From Archangium sp. (lineage in GTDB: Bacteria; Myxococcota; Myxococcia; Myxococcales; Myxococcaceae): DNA of 43,828 nt. Location: the NCBI GenBank assembly GCA_031367385.1, contig JANLPS010000556.1, positions 1 through 43,828 of the forward strand. Reading direction: 5' to 3'. This document shows, piece after piece, positions 36,809 through 43,828 of this stretch. The translations under genes and the position numbers were made by a program. The notes under the pieces were generated by a model. The model searched no databases. It was not told the DNA's origin and was given only the letters and a program-made list of their open reading frames with translations. How positions within the stretch are numbered: position 1 is the stretch's first letter; the number at the start of each line of letters is the position of its first letter.

Positions 36809-38626
36809 GTGAGTCGCGCATTCTTCGATGTGACATCTCGCGGTACGGGCACCATCTTCTCGCTCCCTGCGGTTGGTGACGTCACCATCGGCAGCGCGCC
36901 CGAAGCGGCCATTCGGGTCGAGGGCCTCGACCCGGTGCACGTGCGCTTCGACACCGCTTCTCACCTGATGGAGGTCGTCGGCACCGGCGTTCGCTTCGGC
37001 GACGAAGAAGTCGCGCCGGGCTCGCGCTGGCCGGTCGAGCCGGGTGAAGTGGTCAGTGTCGGAGAAGCGCGGCTGGTGTACGTGGCGTGGCGACAAGTGG
37101 CGACACGGGTCGTCAGCTCGCACGAGTATTTCGAGCAGCGCGCCGCCGAAGAGTGCATTCGGGCCGGCCGCCGAAAGTCGGTCTTCTCGCTGGTCAACGT
37201 GCGCCTGCGCTCGACCTTGCCCACCAGTGAAATCGAGAGCGCTCTGGCCAGCTCGATTCGCCTGACCGACGTGCTCTCGCTGTACGTGCCGGGCATTTAC
37301 GAGCTGATTTTGTTCGACACCGACCCCGAGGGCGCTGACCTGGTGGTCGGCCGAATTCGCCGGGTGTTGGAACAGCTCGAGATTCGCGCCGCCGTCGCCG
37401 CCGCGCACTTTCCCCATGATGGGCGCACGGTCGATGAGCTGACCGAGGCCGCTGCCCGGGCCGCGGTGGGGTCGTCGGGCCATGACCCGGTCGAAGACAG
37501 CAGCTTCGACATCGCGGTGATGGGCTCCGATGACCTGATTGGCCGGGTCGCGAAGAGCGAGCTGAATTGTTTGATTTTGGGCGAGACCGGCTCAGGCAAA
37601 GAAGTGCTCGCCGCGCGGGTTCATCGCCTGTCGCGCCGCGTCGGGCAGCCATTCTTGAAGCTCAACTGCGCCGCCTTCACCGAGACGCTGCTCGAGAGCG
37701 AGCTGTTCGGCCACGAGAAGGGCTCTTTCACCGGTGCGCACGCGCTCAAACAAGGCCTGCTCGAAACCGCCGACGGCGGCACCGTGTTCTTGGACGAAAT
37801 CGGCGAGCTGCCGCTGACGATGCAGTCGAAGCTCTTGCGCGTGCTCGAGGAGCGCATGGTGCTGCGGGTCGGCGGCCTCAAGGCGAAGTCGATCAACGTG
37901 CGCTTCGTCGCCGCCACCAATCGCGACCTGGAGCTCGAGGTCGAGAAGGGCCGCTTTCGCGCAGACCTGTATTTTCGGCTCGACGGCGCGACCTTGGTGG
38001 TGCCTCCGCTGCGCGAGCGCATGCCGGAGTTCGAGACCATCTCGGCTGAGCTGCTCAAAGAGGCATGCTCGAAGATGGGGCGCGCCGAGGTGCCGAGACT
38101 GACCGAGAACGCGCTGTCGGTGCTCAAGAAGTACCACTGGCCAGGCAACATTCGAGAGCTGCGCAACGTGCTCGAGCGCGCGGTGATGTTGACCGAGAGC
38201 GTCGAGATTCACCGCCAGCACCTGCCGCTCGAGAAGCTGACCGGTCGCTTCGCTTCGATGCGGCCACCGGCGATGCCCGCGCGAATGAGCGAGAGCACCC
38301 CAGAGCCCGAGCGGCGCACGGCGGTGCCCGCGCCGATGCCTTCACCGATAGGCCCAATGGTGCCGACCTCGCATCTGCCCGCCTTCTCTGACGAATTCGC
38401 GCCCTCGCCGTCAGACCCGAGCCAGCCGAGGCGACGTGGGTTGGGGCTGTTGGCCTCGTCGCAAGACCGCGCGGCGCTCGAGGCCCGCGAGCGAAAGATC
38501 ATCGAAGACACGCTGCTGGCCTGCGCCGGCAATCAGAGCAGGGCGGCCGAGCTGCTGGGCATTTCGCGGCGCACGTTGATCAAGCGAATCGCCTCGTACG
38601 GCATCGCCCGGCCGCGCAAGCGTTGA
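36809..38626 (+). CDS. Sigma54-dependent enhancer-binding protein with FHA-like N-terminus
   Basis: GETGSGKE, LNCAA, ESELFGHEKGSFTGA, FLDEIGE, ATNRDL, WPGNIREL, Fis HTH GNQSRAAELLGISRRTL. Confidence 0.95.
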   Translation: MSRAFFDVTSRGTGTIFSLPAVGDVTIGSAPEAAIRVEGLDPVHVRFDTASHLMEVVGTGVRFGDEEVAPGSRWPVEPGEVVSVGEARLVYVAWRQVATRVVSSHEYFEQRAAEECIRAGRRKSVFSLVNVRLRSTLPTSEIESALASSIRLTDVLSLYVPGIYELILFDTDPEGADLVVGRIRRVLEQLEIRAAVAAAHFPHDGRTVDELTEAAARAAVGSSGHDPVEDSSFDIAVMGSDDLIGRVAKSELNCLILGETGSGKEVLAARVHRLSRRVGQPFLKLNCAAFTETLLESELFGHEKGSFTGAHALKQGLLETADGGTVFLDEIGELPLTMQSKLLRVLEERMVLRVGGLKAKSINVRFVAATNRDLELEVEKGRFRADLYFRLDGATLVVPPLRERMPEFETISAELLKEACSKMGRAEVPRLTENALSVLKKYHWPGNIRELRNVLERAVMLTESVEIHRQHLPLEKLTGRFASMRPPAMPARMSESTPEPERRTAVPAPMPSPIGPMVPTSHLPAFSDEFAPSPSDPSQPRRRGLGLLASSQDRAALEARERKIIEDTLLACAGNQSRAAELLGISRRTLIKRIASYGIARPRKR

Positions 38627-38644
38627 GGGGCGTTGGGGTTGGGT

Positions 38645-38684
38645 CGTTCGACTTCGCCCTTCGGGCTTCGCTCAGGGTCAACGG
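38645..38684. repeat. REP-like intergenic element
   Basis: CGTTCGACTTCGCCCTTCGGGCTTCGCTCAGGGTCAACGG resembles the widespread TTCGAC..GCTCAGG..AACGG repeat class, with a GCCC-TTC-GGGC mini-hairpin. Single copy here, between convergent genes. Confidence 0.55.
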
Positions 38685-38690
38685 GGGGTT

Positions 38691-39245
38691 TCAGAGGGCC
38701 CAGTCGAGCCCCTTCGCCAGCCGTTCGAAGTCTTTTCGCGCGTAGTGCAAGCGGGTTCGCACGGTCTGCCCGTTGGCGCCGATCTGCGCGGCGATCTCCG
38801 CGTGGGTGAAGCCCTGCAGCTCGAACATCGCGAACACCTCCTGCTTCTTCGAGCCCAGCCGGTTGATCACCGGCACCAGCTGCTCGAGCAGCTGCCGCGC
38901 CTCGATGCGCTCGTGCGAGCCTGGCGTCACTCTCACCGCGCCCGCCTCTGAAGCGAAGGCGTCGCGCACCTTTCTTCGTCGCAGCCGCTCCGAGACGACG
39001 TTGGCGACGATGCGAAAGAGCCAGGTGGTGAAGCGCCCGTGGGTGAATTGCGCCAGCTGCCGCCAGGCAATGTGAAAGGCGTCTTGCACCGTATCGTCGG
39101 CGTCGGCCTCGGTGGCACCCAGCCGCCGCGCGGTGCGCCAAGCGAACTCGTAGTTCACTTCGTACAGCTCGTTCCACGCGCGTTGATCTCCCGTGCGGCA
39201 GCGGTTGATCAACGAATGCTGCGTGTCTTCGAGAAGGGTGGTCAT
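38691..39245 (-). CDS. ECF RNA polymerase sigma factor
   Basis: DADDTVQDAF, FTTWLFRIVAN, EVFAMFELQGFTHAEIA..TVRTRLHYAR. Confidence 0.92.
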   Translation of the reverse strand: MTTLLEDTQHSLINRCRTGDQRAWNELYEVNYEFAWRTARRLGATEADADDTVQDAFHIAWRQLAQFTHGRFTTWLFRIVANVVSERLRRRKVRDAFASEAGAVRVTPGSHERIEARQLLEQLVPVINRLGSKKQEVFAMFELQGFTHAEIAAQIGANGQTVRTRLHYARKDFERLAKGLDWAL

Positions 39246-39370
39246 GTGCGCACGAACCCCTCATTTCACGATCGGTTTCGACGCCGCCACGCGGCCATTG
39301 TGAGAGCGAGAATTCGCGTCAAGCGCCCTGACAAACGCGGCCCTCGCGCCGTGACGTCACGCCGCTCGAG

Positions 39371-40801
39371 TCACAGGTCGAACTCAGCCCTCGCAGCCTC
39401 GGCCTGCTGCTGACACGGGTGTCCCGCCCGGGTGGGGAAGAAGTCGAGCACGTGATCGAGCGTGGCACGGGCCTCGTCTGGCTGGTGCAGCTCGGAGTGT
39501 TGGCGGGCTTCGAGCAACAGCGTCTTGCACAGCGAGTCGAGCTGCCGGCGCGCGCTGATCATCGCTGACAGCGCCATGCGGTGGGTCGCATCGCGCTGCA
39601 TCACGGGCAACGACTCCAACGCCAACCACGCTTCACGGTAGCCGCGATACGCGTCCCACAGGTTCGAGGCGCCGACGCCCTGAATCGCGAGCTTGGCCTC
39701 GGCCTTCTGAAATTTCTCCACCGCCTCACGCTTGAGGCTGTCGACGTCGAGCTCCGGCAGCGCCACCACCTCGACCCACACGTTCCAAATGCGCCAGGTC
39801 TCATGGCCGGGTGGGTTGCGCACGTTGTCGAAGCTCACCGTGTTCAGCGCGTTGGTCTTGGTGACCGTTCGCGGCACCACCACCTCGTGCTCGACCTCGT
39901 CGGGAGCCAGGCGATCGGCCTCGAGCGCCTGAAGCTCCAACCCGTTGACGCTCAACGACACTTCGCCCGCAGAAATGTCTCGGCTTTGAAAGTGCAGAAT
40001 CACCACCACCTGCACCGGCGCTCTGGGCTCGAAGCCGAACGAGACCTCACTCTCGTGCTCGAAGGTCACCGATGCGCCATGGCCAAATGACGCGGTGAGC
40101 GGCTCGGGCCCCAGCAGCTTTTGTTCTTCGGGGTGCGCGTGGGGGGCGCGCCACACCATCAGCCCCTGAACCACCACCACGACGAAGAGCACCGCCCACA
40201 CCAGGCCAAGCCCCAGCAGCCCCTTTCGCGCAGTGGGGCTCGCGTCTCGCCAGAAGAGAATGAAGGGCGCGTAGAAGGGGCGCTCGCGCTTCAAGCGCGA
40301 ACGGTCTGAGGCGCGATTCAACACCGGCACGACCGAGGTGCTCCGGCGGGCCAGCTGCTCGAGCTCTCCGTGGGCCAGGTTCTGCGGCACTGACGCCACG
40401 CCGCGGTTGCGCGACCGTGGCCGCTCCGAGAGCTCCAGGAGCCGGGTGTGGTCGCTCTTGGCGGGGTCGGTCGGAGGCTCCTCCGGCAGCTGCAACGCCA
40501 CCGTGTCGGTCGAGACCAGTGAGAAGACGAAGGTCACCGGGCCCAGCTCAATCGAGTCTCCGGTGCGCAGCTCGGTGCGGTCGACCCGCATGCCATTGAT
40601 TTTGGTGCCGTTCGCCGAGCCGAAGTCTTCGATGAAGAGCTTCTGCTGCTCTTCGAAGATGCGGGCGTGCTTGCGAGAGACGCCGGCGTCGTAGAGCACG
40701 ATGTCGCACTCCGCGGTTCGGCCGATGAGCACCGAGCGCTGGTCGAAGACGAATTCGCGACCCGTTTCACGGCCGGCTGAGATGACGAGCTGAAAACCCA
40801 T
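39371..40801 (-). CDS. FHA-domain transmembrane protein
   Basis: IGR..CDI....VSRKHA..EDFGSANGT.ING (FHA), linker, one TM, beta domain then helical extracytoplasmic domain. Confidence 0.9.
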   Translation of the reverse strand: MGFQLVISAGRETGREFVFDQRSVLIGRTAECDIVLYDAGVSRKHARIFEEQQKLFIEDFGSANGTKINGMRVDRTELRTGDSIELGPVTFVFSLVSTDTVALQLPEEPPTDPAKSDHTRLLELSERPRSRNRGVASVPQNLAHGELEQLARRSTSVVPVLNRASDRSRLKRERPFYAPFILFWRDASPTARKGLLGLGLVWAVLFVVVVVQGLMVWRAPHAHPEEQKLLGPEPLTASFGHGASVTFEHESEVSFGFEPRAPVQVVVILHFQSRDISAGEVSLSVNGLELQALEADRLAPDEVEHEVVVPRTVTKTNALNTVSFDNVRNPPGHETWRIWNVWVEVVALPELDVDSLKREAVEKFQKAEAKLAIQGVGASNLWDAYRGYREAWLALESLPVMQRDATHRMALSAMISARRQLDSLCKTLLLEARQHSELHQPDEARATLDHVLDFFPTRAGHPCQQQAEAARAEFDL

Positions 40802-40873
40802 GTCGCGTGTGGGTGAGTCTACCGCACTGTCATTCCATTGCCCGGGAGAACCCGCGTGCTACACGGTGCGGTC

Positions 40874-42072
<1,199 letters not shown>

Positions 42073-42076
<4 letters not shown>

Positions 42077-42855
42077 TTTCGCTGCTCGCTCTTCTGCTGC
42101 TCGCGCAGACCGACGAAGGGCCCACTCCGGCGCAGCTGGCCATTCGCAACACCAGCGAGCGCGAGTACGTCGACGAGCTGCTCGAAGACGGCCGGTACAT
42201 TCGCTTCGGCACCAAAGACGCGGGGCCGGTGCATGTGTGGCGCCCGCGCACGTACAAGCGTGAGACCGCGGTCACGGTGGTGTACCTGCACGGCTTCTAC
42301 ACCGACGTCGACCGCGCGATGCTCGAGCACGCCCTGCCGACCCAGTTTCGAGACTCGGCGCGCAACGCGTTGTTCATCGTGCCCGAGACCCGGTCGTGGC
42401 GAACCGACCCCCTGGTGTGGAAGGACCTCGAGGCGCTGCTCACCACCGTCGAGAAGCGCACCAAGCTCGAGCGGCCCAAGGGGGGCGTCATCGTGGTGGC
42501 GCATTCAGGCGGGTACCGCACCGTGGTCGAGTGGCTGACCCAGGAGTCGCTCGAGAAAGTGGTGCTGATCGACGGGCTCTACGGCAGCGACGACGATTTT
42601 TCGAAGTGGGCCTCGGTCGGTGACAAGGCCAAGCAGTTGGTGTTGGTCGGCTTCGATACCCAGCAGCGCACCGAGTGGTTTCTGCGCAAGCACCCGAAGG
42701 CGGTGCGGCTCGATGATCTGCCGTACTTGTTCGACGAGCTGCCGCCGAGCTACCGAACCGCGCCGGTGCTGTACTTTCAAGACGAGCGCTTCGACCACAT
42801 GGGGTTGATCACGAGTGGCCGATTGCTGCCGTGGTTGCTCCACGTGCTGCGCTGA
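42073..42855 (+). CDS. Exported alpha/beta-hydrolase-fold protein
   Basis: GTG start overlapping upstream TGA; VVYLHG, AHSGG nucleophile elbow, LIDGLYG, DH. Confidence 0.8.
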
Positions 42856-42875
42856 CCTCAGGTATATGAGCGGTC

Positions 42876-43745
42876 ATGGTGATCTCTGCGCTGTGCGTGT
42901 TGATGGTGGTGGGCGATCTCCCTGCGCCGCGCCTGGGCTCGTGCGAGAACGACGACGACTGCGTCATCACCACCGGCGCGCAGTGCTGCGAGTGTTGCCC
43001 CGGCGTGCCTCGCTCGGTCGCCCGGGCTGATCTGGCCCAGCAAGACTGCTCGACCCGAAACTGCGGAGTCGTCGGCTGCAAAGCGACGATGTGCAAGCCG
43101 GTACAAGACCCGAGCACTTTGCAGGCGGTCTGCCGCGCGGGCACGTGTCGCGCCGAGCCGGTGCCCGTGAAAAAAAACGCGTCGTTCTGCGCCAATGATT
43201 CTGATTGCGTGGTCTCGAGCTTCAGCTGCTGTGACTCCTGTTGCCCTGCGCCGCCAAGGGCCACCACGGCTGCCGAGCTTCAGGCGCTGCGCGGTCAGTG
43301 CGTGAACATGATGTGCCCGATGGTTCGATGCGCGCCTGAGCAGTGTAAGGCGATCCCTCCTCCGGGGGCGGCGACCTGCCGAAACAACCGCTGCGAGCTC
43401 ACCAAGACCGCTCCTGCGCAGTGCCGCAGCGACGACGACTGCACGGTGACCTACCCCGACCCGTCTGCGAACGATGCCTGTCACCGCAGCCCCTGCGGCT
43501 GCTGCCCCGGAGTCACCCCAGTGGCCGGGCCCAACCCCGCTTCAATCGCCACCGGCCCGGCTCCCCGCCCCGAGCGCCGACGCGCCAAGTCGGTGCCCCT
43601 GAGCAAGTCGCCGCCCTTTGGGCTCTCACAGCCGGGGCCGCGGCCTCCGCCGCAGTGCTTGCCGTGCAACAGCCCAACGCCGGCAAGCGCAGAGTGCCGA
43701 GGCGGGCGCTGCATGCTTCGCGCGCCGATTGAGCCTCGCGAATGA
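42876..43745 (+). CDS. Cys-rich repeat protein, probably secreted
   Basis: Hydrophobic N-terminus; three CxxDxDC-led repeats, each ending in AxCRxxxC. Confidence 0.75.
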   Translation: MVISALCVLMVVGDLPAPRLGSCENDDDCVITTGAQCCECCPGVPRSVARADLAQQDCSTRNCGVVGCKATMCKPVQDPSTLQAVCRAGTCRAEPVPVKKNASFCANDSDCVVSSFSCCDSCCPAPPRATTAAELQALRGQCVNMMCPMVRCAPEQCKAIPPPGAATCRNNRCELTKTAPAQCRSDDDCTVTYPDPSANDACHRSPCGCCPGVTPVAGPNPASIATGPAPRPERRRAKSVPLSKSPPFGLSQPGPRPPPQCLPCNSPTPASAECRGGRCMLRAPIEPRE

Positions 43746-43828
43746 GTCAGAGGCTCTGTCGAGCAATTCGACGCCCATCGAGGTCGCGCGATTTGAAATG
43801 AGGTGAAGAGGCACCGCTTTGAGGCCGT

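Overview
GC-rich window whose gene content (FHA-sigma54 activator, Ser/Thr kinase, ECF/FecR-PEGA-TPR operon, Cys-rich lipoproteins) suggests a myxobacterium (inference). About 33 CDS; no rRNA, tRNA, CRISPR, integrase or transposase seen. Main content: a papain-like lipoprotein; a two-gene unit bracketed by identical 32-bp palindromic direct repeats; a PAS histidine kinase/response regulator pair; a VKOR-DsbA/OmpA-like/TlpA operon; a serine hydrolase; an ECF sigma/anti-sigma operon; two adjacent Rhs genes; a Ser/Thr kinase; an FKBP; an acyl-CoA carboxylase plus enoyl-CoA hydratase set; a C39-peptidase ABC exporter with two adaptors opposite a sigma54 activator; a second ECF; an FHA protein; and three putatively secreted proteins. 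The best candidate for a novel system is the Rhs locus (16961-23808). The cage appears split over two separately signal-peptide-bearing genes in reversed order (C-half first, N-half second). The first gene carries three golvesin-like domains nested inside each other and an unrecognised Gly/Cys-rich tip, and there is no adjacent immunity gene. All family calls are from motif recognition by eye, not database searches.
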